The position numbers were made by a program, and so were the translations under genes. DNA of 64,000 nucleotides from Octopus bimaculoides. Its lineage: Eukaryota. A model generated the notes under the pieces. It worked only from the letters and a program-made list of their open reading frames with translations, had not been told where the DNA came from and did no database searches. The stretch lies in contig NC_068981.1 of assembly GCF_001194135.2 (NCBI RefSeq), positions 65,526,522 through 65,590,521 on the forward strand. The letters run 5' to 3'. Positions 38,645-52,855 of the stretch are shown here, piece after piece; position 1 is the first letter of the stretch; each line of letters opens with the position of its first letter.

Positions 38645-41310
38645 GTATGTATGCACACATACACAATCATAAAATCCTATTTGGTATGTAATTCTGTATG
38701 AATGCGCATTTGAGTGAGTCTGTGTAATTTTTTTGTCCCATTCCCCTTTCCTTTATATTCTTAATAAATATGATTTCAGAAATTGTGATCTTGCATAATT
38801 CCAATTTTCTTTTACTATTTTTTAAAAATGTTATTATTATTATTATCATTATTATTGTTAGTTTAATTTTCATATTTTGAACAAATGTTATGAATTTAAT
38901 TTTAAAATTTTTTTTATAGCTGGAAGCTGGTATTTCATTGAGAGTGAGGTCTTTTTCAACTTAATATTCATATTTGAATATGTTATATTTTGTACATATA
39001 AATGTATATAAACATTTGAGCATTTGGACAATAGTAATATCTGTAGATGTTATACACACACACATATGCATATATATATNNNNNNNNNNNNNNNNNNNNN
39101 NNNNNNNNNNNNNNNNNNNNNNNNNNNNNNNNNNNNNNNNNNNNNNNNNNNNNNNNNNNNNNNNNNNNNNNNNNNNNNNNNNNNNNNNNNNNNNNNNNNN
39201 NNNNNNNNNNNNNNNNNNNNNNNNNNNNNNNNNNNNNNNNNNNNNNNNNNNNNNNNNNNNNNNNNNNNNNNNNNNNNNNNNNNNNNNNNNNNNNNNNNNN
39301 NNNNNNNNNNNNNNNNNNNNNNNNNNNNNNNNNNNNNNNNNNNNNNNNNNNNNNNNNNNNNNNNNNNNNNNNNNNNNNNNNNNNNNNNNNNNNNNNNNNN
39401 NNNNNNNNNNNNNNNNNNNNNNNNNNNNNNNNNNNNNNNNNNNNNNNNNNNNNNNNNNNNNNNNNNNNNNNNNNNNNNNNNNNNNNNNNNNNNNNNNNNN
39501 NNNNNNNNNNNNNNNNNNNNNNNNNNNNNTATGTATGTATGTATGTATGTATGTATGTATGTATGTATCTATGTATGTATGTATCTATGTATGTATGTAT
39601 GTATCTATGTATGTATGTATGTATCTATGTATGTATGTATGTATGTATCTATCTATGTATGTATATATATATATATATATATCCCATGAATGTGTTCATG
39701 TATTCATATATATGTATAAAATATTTTGCAAATACATCTTTTTATATGTACACACACTCAGACACACATGCTCTCTCTCTTTCTCTCTGCTGAGGTTTCA
39801 TTGTGTCACTTACTAAAAGTGTTTTTTCCTGCCTATGTGCATTCGCTGAGGTGCGTAAATGAACAGATGAATGCAATACAATGTAGTCACATAGGGAATT
39901 GTCAGCTTTGAAAGTCTACTATGTGTACATAAGAATTGTTCTTCTGTTCATATACCCAAACACACATAACACACACACTCTCGTACGTATACAACGGAAA
40001 ATAACAGTTTCTATTGTGGTGAGATGTTGATTATGATGTTGTTCAGCCCAAGGTCAACCAGGATTGCATGGTCATCTCATTTTTTTCCTATGCACAGAAG
40101 CGTCAAGATCACATCATCCAGTGTATACTATTCTCAGACAATGAAGTATAATTTGAGGGAGATTTGGCCGTTATTTTCAACAGGTTGAGAAATCCTATAG
40201 AGACTCACTCACTCTCTCTGGGTTGGTTTACTTCATATTTTACATAGATTTCTGTGTTATATACAGTATGCAAAAGCATGAAGCTTTTACTGTAAAGTTT
40301 TTCCATTTTTTCACTTTTTTTATTTTTAATTTTCATTTCATCTTAAGTTTAGCGAGACAGTGCTGCTGTGCCTTGCACAGTTGTACATGATGAAATCATG
40401 AGGAAAGAAAGAAGGGAAGGAATAGAGAATGGACAATGAAGATAGGAACAAAGAAATGCCTCATATTTAAGATTTTTTTTTTTTTCCCAGTATTTTCCTT
40501 TCTGATCGACTTCCTTTTTATTGCCTACCCTCATTCTCCATATATTCATCTTTTCGACTATTTATTATCCTCCCACCTATATCAAAAGCCTTTTCCTTTA
40601 CTAGCTCCCTTCCTTTAGGAAACCCTTATATACCTCCTCCTCTCCTCCTATGAAACTCTTAACTGCCCCTCCCCTCTTCTCACTACATTAAGCCCTTTAC
40701 TACTCTCCTTACTCTACCTGTAATGAATCCCTTAATGCCCTCTTTTTTTATGAAACTTTTTACAAGCTTCTCTTCCCTTTCAGCTACACCCCCCCACAAT
40801 CTCTTCTTCATGCCCCCCCCCCCCGAAGCCCTTGACCACATCTTTACCCTTCACAGCTTCCTAATATATTCTAGCTTCATCCTACCCCACTACCACCACC
40901 ACCATCCATCACCAATCTCTCTTTTTTCCCCTCCTATATTCATTTATAACAATGCATTTCTGTGATGTCTTCATTTTTGGTTTTGTCATTGTTTGTTTGT
41001 TTTAGAGGTGAGCGGATATGATTCTTTTCTCTCTCTCTCTCTTTCTTTTTTTTTTTTTTTTTTTTTTCAACTGTTTATCATTCTGGTGTAATCTCTCTTT
41101 CTCTTTCTCTCTTTCTCTCTCTCTCTCTCTCTCAACAAATATTGACAAGAACTGAAGGAAAACATTAGATCAAATATATGAATGACTCATGTCTGATATA
41201 CATCAATAAAAGTAAAGATATCGAATGATAAAACATATGAAATGGAATAATTTTTTAAAAATTCATTATCATCATCATCGTCATCATGTGCAGAATTCTA
41301 AAAGAAGACT

Positions 41311-41350
<40 letters not shown>

Positions 41351-41578
41351 CAAGTAAACTGAATTTCTCATGCTAAAGCTGTCTGCAAGTTTGTATAGGT
41401 TGATTGCATTAAACGAAGTCCACTAATGTCCAGGTATTATTAATAAACCCAATTTAGAAACACAGGGCAAATGTTGGTTTTTTTGCCCCTACTTTTCCCC
41501 CTCTCCATTATCTTTGATTTAGATATTCAAAATCATATTTTGTGTGGAAAATTCAATATTATTACTAATATTATTATC

Positions 41579-41610
<32 letters not shown>

Positions 41611-41616
41611 TATTAA

Positions 41617-44150
41617 AAGAGCAGTTGATTGGCAGAATCACTTGAGATTTGAAAAATACCTTTTAGTATTTCTCTTGGTTCTTTACATTCTAAGTTCAAA
41701 TCCCTTCAAGCTCAACTTTTCTTTCCATTCTTCTAGGGTGAACAAAATAAAGTACCAGTCAAGTACTGGAATTGATGGCATCAACTAACTCTTCCCATCA
41801 AAATTGCTGATCTCATACCTAAATTGGAAGCTGATGTTATTATATTTTACTTCTCAGTGCTCTTGATCTTACTTGCTCTGGTTAACTCTGTGAGAGCAGA
41901 CAGCAACTTATTGCCAAAAGTCTCACAGGCTCTCTTTCCACAAATTATAAGACTTGGTACCTAGACGCTAAGTATTGTGGAAGATACTTAACACCCAAAT
42001 ACCAATCTCAAAGCCCTCGCTGTCCCCAATAGTGCAGATTTTTTGAGCATACTCTACCCTCATGTCGATTCTGATTTCTCTGATATATTTCTCAAACTTC
42101 ATTGTTAGTACTCCAAGTTCCCACTACAACTACTAAGATGACAGTTACTGTCTTCATTGCCCACATTCTTGCAATTTCATCTTTTAGCAAGTTACATTTT
42201 TCCAGCTCTTTGTCACCAACATGTGCATCCCCAGATATGACAATTTGTTCATCATCATCATCATCGTTTAACATCCATTTTCCATGCTGGCATAGGTTGG
42301 ACAGTCTGACTGAGGTCTGGAAAACCAGCAGCTGCACCAGGTTCCAATCTGATTTGGCAATGTTTCTACAGCTGGATGCCCTTCCTAACGCTAACCACTC
42401 TGAGAAGTGTAGTAGGTGCTTTTTACTTGCCACCAGCACAGGAGCCAGTCGGGCAGGCCTGGCATCGATCACGTTCGGATAATGCTTTTTATGTGCCACT
42501 GGCATGGGATCCAATCAGGGGGCACTGGCATCAGCCACATTCGGATGGTGCTTTTTACGTGTCACTGGCACGGAAGCCAATCAGGCAGCCCTGGTATCAA
42601 TCACATTCAGATAGTGCTTTTTACGTGTCACCGGCACAGGAGCCAGTGAGGGAGCACTGGCATTATTATGATTTAAGGCAGCAAGCTGACAGAATCAATT
42701 CCACACCATACAAAATGCTTTGTAGCATCCTATCTGTCTTTACATTCTGAGTTCAAATGCTGCTAAGGTTGACTTCAACTTTCATCCATTCCAGGTCAAT
42801 AAAATAAGAACCAGTCAAGTACTGGGGCTCGATGAAATTGACTAGCCACCTCTACCAAAATTTCAGGCCTTGTACTTATATTAAAAAAGATTATTATTAT
42901 TATCATATTTAAGACAGTGAGACGGCTGAATCATTAGTATGCTCAGCAAAATACTTAGCAGTATCTTGCCCGTTTTTACATTCTGATTTCGAATTACACC
43001 AAGGTAAACTTTGCTTTTCATCCTTTCAGGGTCAATAAATTAAGTACAGTCAAGTACTGGGAACAATATGATCAACTTGCACACAAATTTCATACCTTGT
43101 GCCTATTGTAGAAAGGATTATTATTATTATCATTATTATTATTATTATGTTCAAATACTGCTGAAGCCAGCTTTTTGCCTTTCATCTTTCCACTCTTCTA
43201 CTCAGGCCAATAACATCAACTGACTCAACACTCTTTCCCACAAATTTGTAGCCTTGTACCTATGTTAGAAATCATGACCGCTCTTTTTATGTTCTGGATT
43301 CGGAAGAGGGTGTTGAATGAACAAAATCTGGAACTCCAAACAAAATGCCTTGTGTTATCTGGTTATCATGTTTTCCAGCATACAAGTAGTCATAGTACAT
43401 AGTGTAAACATTCAAACATCTTTCCAAATCCTGATGCATTTCACACGGAATTTTTGGTCCTCCAGAGTCATTTTGGTATATATGTCAAACTACCTTTTTT
43501 TTTACTGTTAAGTTTGGTCTGAAAAGTTCAACTTGATGCCATAAAATATGGTATGTCTCATATCCTGAGTTCAGTCCTCAACTAGGTTCACTTTGCTTGT
43601 TGTCCTTCCAGCATCAGTCAAGTAAATACTGTTGCCAAATGAATTTGTTACATGTTCCACTCACTGTTGTGAACTTATGCCTCTTTTATTAGAAGAATTG
43701 TTTAATGTGGCAGACACAATGTGTTGCAGTGTTTAGTTACAGTTCTTTACGTTCTGAGTTCAAGCCCCACAAATATCAACTTTGCCTTTCATCTTTTCAG
43801 ATTCATTAAAATAAAGTAGCAGTCAACTACTGGAATTGGTGTAATTGACTTACTCCTCCAATTTTCAGGTCGTCTGCCTATATTAGAAACAGTTATTACC
43901 ATCATCATATAAGAGCAGGAGAATGACAGAATCATAAGGATGCAGGACAATATATCTTGCAGTATTTGTTCTGGCTCTTTACATTCTGGTTTCATATCCC
44001 ACTGAAATCAACATTGCCTCTCATTTCTCAGGGCTCAATAAAGTAAAGTACCGATCAAGTACTGGGGACAAAGTTAGCTAACGCCATATTGACTAACCCT
44101 ATCTCCACAAAATTGCTGGGCTTGTGCCTAAATTAGAAAACAATCATTAT
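41617..44150 (+). repeat. Cluster of Nin-type SINE units (about 41617-41835, 42675-43270 and 43700-44150)
   Basis: Same core (ctttgcctttcatcc...aagtaccagtcaagtactgg) with (TTA)n spacers. Confidence 0.7.
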
Positions 44151-47100
44151 TTTTTAGGAAACCAGTAAAGCAAAAGAACTAATAATGTTAGGCTAAATAA
44201 TTTACTGCGTTTTGATTTTTTTTGTTTTGTTTTTTTTTTGTTTTTTTGTAAAGATAAGAGGAAGAAAGCAATTCTCAAAACTTGCCTTGTTTTCAGGGTG
44301 TTGAAGATTGGTGAAGTTAAAGGGAAAGAAAACATTTTAACTCATGAGTTAATCTCAGGTTGGAAACCTTGTTCAAACACTTTGCGACAAGGATGTCTCT
44401 ATTAATGGGACTCAAGACAGTGGTGTTAATCTGGATAAAAGAGTTTTCTAACATCTAAATTCAACATTTGTTTTCCATGCATCTTTCACTGGATAAAATA
44501 AGTATCAGCCAAGTATTGAGATCAATTAAATTGACTATTTTTCCATCCCCTCCAAATTTGTGATCTTGTGCCTATCTTAGAAACTATTGTCTTTTTGTTG
44601 TTGTTGTTGTTGTTTTTTTCTTTTAACCCAAACAAGTCTTACTTTTCCATTCTTATTTTTAAATTACATTCTACTTTATCTGTGTATTTTTCAGGATTAT
44701 CATTTTTTCAATCTGAATTTAGAACACTATCTTTTTCTTTCATATGCTGTTTGTAGCTGCTCAACATACATTAATACATAGCAAACTAAAGAATTTCTTA
44801 CTACCTTATGTCTGAGTCTGGAGACTTTGACCACTGCTATAGTTAATATCTTGGATACACACTCACATGTATGTATGTATGTATGTAAGCCAGGCGTCCA
44901 GTCCATTCCAGTTTAGAAAGCAGACATAATACAATGATGATACATATATATATATGTGCATTGTGTTTTTTATTGAAACAGCATGTTTAAAAGGCTATTT
45001 GTTGAACTCACTGTTATGTGCATTTGTGTGTGTGTGTGTGTCATCGTTTCATCTTTTCCAATGTTAGTAAAATACATATTAGGGCAAGCAAGCTATTGAT
45101 AGACCTTGTTGGGGATTACACAACCTGTTAAAATTAGCAGCCAAACCTCTACCTTAAAAACTGAAAGGTACATTGATTAATGTAGTATGAGAACATGACA
45201 GAATGATTGGAGATGGACTATTTGTTTGTATGTCTACTTATTTAGGACCAAACTGTAGCTAAACAACAGTAACATCTTAAGTAATGGGGCAGGTTCAGTA
45301 ACATCTTAAGTAATGGGGTACTAGAAATCAGTGCTCCAGCATAGCCACAATCCAGGTTCAGTAACATCTTAAGTAATGGGGCACTAGAAATCAGTGCTCC
45401 AGCATAGCCACAATCCAATGGCTGAAGCCAGTGATTTGACATTTGAAATTGAGTTAATTTTTGGCTATCTACCAATTTGTTTCTCAATTTTAGCAAAACT
45501 GGGTGAATCTTTTTGCAGTATGTGTATGTTTGATTATGATTCTTGCTTACAGCTAAGAGTAGTGTAGCCATTCCTTAGCTATATTTGGCCAAGAACATGG
45601 CATAGTGTTGATAACATGATAGAAGCCACTGACCCTTTGACCAGTTGTCTAGAACTCAATGAACTCTGCCATCTGCAACTTCTCATATGTTAATATATCA
45701 TTAAATCAGCATCCTTTAGATTATAGAATATTTGATTCTGTGTTTTGCAGAAATAGTTTTGAATATTTATTTAAAGAAAATGAAATTGAATGAAGAATCT
45801 TGTACAAAAATTATTATCCAACTTCTGTTCTTTATATTCTTTGTGCATTGGTAGCTTTTACGGTCAAAACAATAATGCTTCATGTTTTGGCATTGATTAC
45901 ATTATGTGCTATGCCTACACACATGTAACCTCTCTGTCTCGCTCACTTTTAGACAAGCAAATACATATACACATATATGTGTCTGTATATGTGCATGTGT
46001 GTGTATATCTTTATATATAAGTTAGGGTGTCTGTAGTCTGAAGAAAAACTTTGGCCACATAATACAAAGTAAAATGTAGAATTCATTTAAAAAGAGTGGA
46101 CTGAAGCCAGCTGTTCATTGACACCTTGAATGTATTTTTTCTTTCATATATATATATATATATATGTATGTATGAACAAAGTAGAGTAATCAGTATGTCT
46201 CTTAAAGATATATGTATGTATGTATGTATGTATGAACAAAGTAGAGTAATCAGTATGTCTCTTAGAGATATTTTGTCATCATATACATGTGTGTGTGTTT
46301 GTGTGTGTGCATACATACCTACATGCTCATACATATTCACCACAGATGGAGATGGTATGCTCTGGAGGCTAATAATTGTTAAGGTAACACCATTCAGTAT
46401 ACAGAGTGTATGAAGTAACATATAGGTCGCCAATCATATGACAAAAATAGTTTGAGAAAAAGGTTTTCTACACAGAGATGAACAGCGAAACTCTGCATCA
46501 ACCATGCAGTATGTTACAGTCTTTATGCTCTGTATGCTTGGATGATCTAAAACAAATTTACAATCCCTACATCGAAGTTAAAATACAGCACTGTTAATGT
46601 TGTTTTGTCTTGATTTGACTCACTTCATACAAACGTTTTTATGCTGTAATTCTCCACAGCTGTTCATATCACATCCATAATTTCTTTTGAAGAGGTAAAA
46701 AATTAAGGTGTGGTATTGCAATAATCCCTAAGAAGTTGCTTTCTAATTTGACAAGTATCTACAAACTCTTTTTATGTAACTTTCAGCCACAGAAAAATTC
46801 TATAACATAGTTGATAGAATTTTTCTATGTTGCATATATGGAAATGGTGTTTTTTTAGCAATTTCCATGATGAATTCCATGACTTCCTCAGTTTTCTCCC
46901 TCCAATATCTACAGTGACCTCATCATATATTTAAACAACCACCACAAAAATAACTTATAAATTTCTTGATGATAACTTGAAACAATTCTCTATGTTCTGA
47001 ACTATCAATAAACCCAGTCACAGTACTGGCAATATGTACTTGTTTTAACAGGTATTATCATATTAGACAATATCAAATTAATATATCCAGCTGACAGTAA

Positions 47101-50100
47101 TAACAGTCAAATTTTTCTTCAAAATATTACTTAGTAGAAATCCTCTTGATTCTTCAAAATATATCAATCTTTGCAACTGCAAAGAAAAAAAAAACATAAA
47201 TGAATAAATTTCTCTTGTAATTTCATTTTTCTTATCACCAGACTCTATGGCACATGTCCAAATTCTGAAACATACTTGTTCCAATTTCACAAAAGAAAGT
47301 CTTTAACATATAAAAAACACAAACAGGATATATGGAAAATTAATTGAGGTCGTTAGAATGAAAAGAAAACTATGAAAAATGAGTCCAAAACAAAACTTTG
47401 TGCTAAAAGGATTGTTGAAAAAATAGGGGGAATATTTCAGTGGAAATCAAAATCTGCTGAAGTTCAGCCATGAAACCTTTTGGTTTCTGTAATTAAATCC
47501 TTAACAAAAAGACTGTTCTATTCACAATATATGAATCAACGCTTGCCAACAATTTTTACTCTTTTTTTTAATTGACAAAGTTAAAAATTTCTCTAATTTC
47601 TATTTTCCTATTATATATGATGCAATCATCTTTGGTGGTGGTACTCCTGACTCCAACAAATAAGCAAGAATAAAGGGATATTTTCTGTATTCCTATTTAA
47701 GATTATTGGCAGGTGATAACTTCAAACTTTGCATTTTTAAAAATCTCCAACATATTTCTCATCTATGTAAAAATTATCAAATTCTACTGCTGATTCTGCA
47801 CTAAAGAAGATGGGATACAAAAGAAATAAGGCTGTTAACTTATAAACTACTTTGTACTCAGTCAATAACATATTCTTGGACAAAAAATTGTGGATTGATG
47901 CATCGGCCAAATCTCCCTATAAGACGGAAAGTTTCAGCTTATAACTCTTATTTATTATTCAATAAAAAGAATGTGTGAGCTTTGAAATTCTGCCAATCAC
48001 TTGTGTGCTCTTTTCATCAGCAAATTCATTGAAAAGGTTATATTTTGTCTGCCTGCTAATTATTTCATATACAACACCTTGTATTCTTTGAACTAATCAG
48101 TGTTCAAGATGCAGTGTATCACCAGATTCTTCTGTTTACATTGTGTAACGATATTCACAGGAATACTAGCAACAATTTTTACTTACATGTCCTGCTGATA
48201 GATCCATTGGCAGTATTTGTTGAAATAGACTATGGTATTCTTTTGGAAGTCTTGCACCATTCAGGTGTCTCATGCATTAGTGTACAGTGGTTTGCTCCAT
48301 ATAAAAAAATTGCTCAAACGCAAGTAATTAAGTGATGTGCAAAATACTCCAAAGCACAGGACTTCGTCCTTCCTTATTCAACATAGACATTTCACAATTT
48401 GTAATTTACTCTGACAGTAATCTTGGTTTCAGTATTTATAATAGCAGGTGACTATCAAATCATTCTACATGAGCCTCCAGTTACATTAACTAAACACATG
48501 ATTTGATGTTATATAGCTCAGGTAAGCTCTGACTGAGCAGAACTAGGATCAAAGTATTCTAACTGCAATTGTCCCTCTTGTTTAAATATCCAGGACCAAA
48601 TTCTCTGATGTGTCTATTTTTTTTAAAACATGGTAGGTGTGATTTGAGGAATATTTAGCTGTTATTTCTAGTTATCAAGTGACTACATACCAGCTCTTTC
48701 AGTGGAAACAAATGATGTGTTATTTCTGCTACTGACCATTGATCAAACTAAAATTTATTATCTCTGTGATTTGAAAAATCAGCTCTGACAATTTTGTGTT
48801 CTTGGTCTGCTCTAAAAAAAAAAAAAAAGCTGGAAGATTAAAATACTCAAAAACTATTGTACTATAACTAAAATCCTCTTCAACATAAGTATGTGCTCCA
48901 TATTGCCCTGACTATATTTGTTCTGTATACCAAAGCCTATATACTTCAAAAGTTTTGCTCATAATTTACAAAAGTAAATCTTAAGCTTCATACATGATTG
49001 ATCTTTTCCAATTCAACTTCATTAAACTGCTTGAAATTTTATCCGGCACCAATCAGTGATGGGGGAACATGTACAGAAAGGAAATATGGATCATACTGTC
49101 ACAAAGCCAGCAGAAAATCTTAGATATTTAAAAAGAAGCAAGAACTTTAAAAAAATTTTTTTTTCAAAACTTCTAAGAATCATTTTCTAAACTTAATATA
49201 CACTTAGCACATTGCACACCTGTCCACTACCACTAAACCAATATCAGGTTAGCAAACAGAGCAGTCATTTCTATACAATATATTTCATCTTCATTGTCAT
49301 TGTTATCATCATCATCATCATCATCATAAACAACATAACTTCCGGACTTAATACTTGTGACAGAATTAGTTGCACATATCGTAATAAATAATCATCAAAA
49401 TTCTTCAGAGTTTAAGAAAGAATATAAACCAGACAGATTTTGAAAGCCATTTTGTTGTTTAACCCCAAGTCAACCCAAAGTGAGCAGATCTATGATCAAA
49501 GTTGTTACAGCTATAACAATTTTATTTTCTTAAAGATATCTAAGACTACATTATTCACTATAAATTTTAGAATAAATATGTACTTTACTAGAAGCTATTG
49601 AGTAATCTTTCAGTATATGTTAAACTGTTTTCATATAAAAACACACATATATACACACACACACACACATATATAATATTGTGTTCATATGTGTGTGTAT
49701 AACATTTGAATGTAAAAGAGGAGTAAAAGCACTCAATGCTGAAAATAGAGTCACTTAGTATATGGGATCCTTTCATCCTATTGAGGTTGATATACTCAAT
49801 GAGGCAGTGCCCCAGGGCTACATGTTCAGTGACTGAAACGAGTAAAAGAATAAATTTATTCAGACATAAACTTGCATCACATACACAGGGGGTGGTACTT
49901 AACAATTGTTGTCAGTTTCTAAATGCAAGTGAAAAGAACCTGCACACTGCATGTTTACTGTCTGTGCATGCAAAAATCTAGGTTACTATATTGGATGATT
50001 CAGGTGAAAAACAGCACCAAGCCTGCATTTAACAACTTCAATTCTTAAGTGACTCCAAGTGTATTCTTTAAAAAACATTGTTCTTTTGTATTTCTGTGTA

Positions 50101-50258
50101 TATGAGGGGTGGGGTCTCTCTATCTTCCACATGATATATATATATATATTAAATTCAAATTACGACAAACGTAAACAAACAAACGAAGTTTGCTTTTAGA
50201 AGCGTTGAGATGTCTTAGATAGTTAAAGAAGTGATTTTAAATTCTCAATCGCAGAATA

Positions 50259-50384
50259 ATGCTAATAATATAGCATGAACAGGATAAACTACCCCTATTT
50301 TTGAAGAAAAAAGTGTAGGTGGTTCTACACTTTTTTCTGCAAAAATAGGGGTGGTTTATCCTGTTCAGGCTATATTATTAGCAT
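50259..50384. repeat. Near-perfect 126-bp palindrome (60-bp arms, 6-nt loop), foldback or MITE-like
   Basis: Arm 50259-50318 matches the reverse complement of 50325-50384 at 57/60 positions. The loop is gtggtt. Confidence 0.85.
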
Positions 50385-52560
50385 ATATATATATATATAA
50401 ATCCCTCTCTCCTGCTCATTCTCTCTCTTTTTCTAATATACACAGAGAAGGTTTTTGGAAAGTTTCTGCTGCCTTCTCAACCAGTAGTGAAATTTTGTGT
50501 AACTTAAGTTCATCTGATTGGTATCAGCTTTTTTAATAATTCTATTACTCTACATACATTTCTAAAAGCACTACCTACATACATTGAAAATACTCTTCCC
50601 CTCATAAATCTCTATCTCTTTATCTCCCACTTCTGCTTCTCTACAATGCCAGATGTTTTCAACATGCAACAGAGGGGCTGTGATGCTGACTGCATCTTTC
50701 TTACCCCCCTATCCATATGCCCGAGAACACACACACACACACACACACACCTGCAACAACAGCTGACATACCAGTATCAGTATTGATCTATCAGATTCAT
50801 AGAAAGCCTCTTCAGTGACATGCTAAGATGCATGCAGCTGCACTCTACCACTACTGTTGATGCTGCTGTTGGTTACTACTACTACTGCTACTGTTACTAC
50901 TATTTCTACTACTATTACTACTATTAGTTTTAAAGTATTTTCATTATTAGTATAGAATACACTTTCTAAACATGTGAATTTATATGCCAACAAGAGAGTC
51001 TGTGTGGTCACTCAACTTGCAAGAAATAGAAACCAGGTGGAAATCTTCCCTTGAATCATGCATGCTCCATCTTAGACCTAGATATCCTTAAAAAGGTGAT
51101 TGTCTTGACTGGAATGCTTTTAAACTTGGATTTTCCCTGTTAAGGTCCGGTCTGACTTTGGTTAATTAACAACAAATGAACTTACTTTAGTTGATGCAAT
51201 CTTTATATATAGTTTGGTTATTGTTTGAAATTAGGAAAATGAATTTCTATATTTCTTGAGTTTTTCATTTCTAGTTTATCTGTGCTGTTTCAGTATCTAC
51301 AGTTGAAAATCATGTGATACAATGTTTATGTTAAAACAGGTGTTGGCTAAGCTAACTGTAAGCCATTTGTAAAACAGCTTTTCTGTCAAATATATATTGT
51401 AATTACTTTGATGCTGTGCTTGTAAACACCCACTACACTCTCAGAATGGTTGGCATTAGGAAGGGCATCCAGCCATAGAAACCTTGCCAGATCAGATTGG
51501 AACCTGGTGCAGCTTCCTAGCTTACCAGTTTTCAGTCAAACCATCCAGCCCATGTGACCATGGAAAACAGATGTTAAATGATGATGATGAGTTTGTCCTA
51601 CAACTGTCTCTGACTTTTCAAGCACGTATTTATTTTTATTCAAGTAGTATTGTGTAGTGTAGAGTAGCATAGGATAGTGTAGATGGAAATGTGCTTCCAA
51701 TAAGCCAGATTGTTAGAATTAATTCCAGTTCCTGATTTTTAGGTGTTTTACTTTATTTGCATCTATTCACCAGCCAACATGTCAAAATAAGCATCCATAC
51801 AAATACACACACATAAAGCAAAGTTGGAGGGAATGGTCTTGTAGATAAATGTTAAGTTTAGAAAGTTAAAAATGTGATTACTAGTAAAATATGTAGATTG
51901 TTGGAGATGAAAGTTAGGAAAAGTGTATTCATCAAGACAAGAAGATAGATTGAAAAGCGTGAGACTGCAAGTAGCCTGGTCTGAGCTGTCACTGTTACAT
52001 TGGTGGAGCAAATTTATTATCCACTTAATCACAAGAAAATTGGTGCTATTATATATATTGAGAGAAACACACATACATATATATTTATATAAGTAGGTTG
52101 TGTATTATATATGTGTGTGTATTTATATGCATGTGAATGTGTATGTAATTATGTAATGGCATTTATTGAAAATGCTCCAGATAAGAAACAAAAGCTAACT
52201 GACATAAGCTAGACACAGCTACAATCAGGTTGAAAGCTTGATAATAAGAAAACAATGCCAGACTGAGGCAAGATCTGACAAGCAACAAAATTAGCAGCAA
52301 GGAATGGTAAAACTCAAATTCTTTCTATCTTTTAGTCTGTTTCTCCTCTCTCTGTCTCTTTCTCTCTCCCCTTTTCTCTTTCTCTCTCTAAGGACACACC
52401 ATTTCCATATCACCATCATCAAAAATATTGCAACTGCACATACTCACTTGAAATGTCAAAACTCCTGTCCTTTTTCAAGCTTTTACCAGAAAAAGTTATG
52501 TGCAGCAAATGCTGAGAACCAACTGCAAATATCAAGCAATCTTTTCATCATTTAATCATC

Positions 52561-52855
52561 ACCATCATCATCATCATCGTTTAACGTCCGCTTTCCATGC
52601 TAGCATGGGTTGGACGATTTGACTGAGGACTGGTGAAACCGGATGGCAACACCAGGCTCCAATCTGATTTGGCAGATTTTCTACAGCTGGATGCCCTTCC
52701 TAACGCCAACCACTCCGAGAGTGTAGTGGATGCTTTCATGTGCCACCAGCATGAAGGCCAGTCAGGTGATACTGGCAATGGCCACGCTCAAAATGGTGTA
52801 TTTTATGTGCCACCCGCACAAGAGCCAGTCCAAGGGCACTGGCAACGATCTCACT
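52561..52855 (-). mobile_element. Short RTE 3'-end copy with a (GAT)n tail (relatives at 21911-22012, 42245-42662 and 51430-51590)
   Basis: Near-identical to the reverse complement of 59230-59455 and additionally carries the terminal ...catgctagcatggaaagcggacgttaaacgatgatg. Confidence 0.75.

Noticed and set aside
46740-48500. AT-rich block with faint transposase-like words (QWFAPYKK as Helitron-like; LLSNILKK as Merlin-like)
   Set aside because: The motifs are too short and inconsistent between strands to assign. It needs BLASTX or HMM searches.
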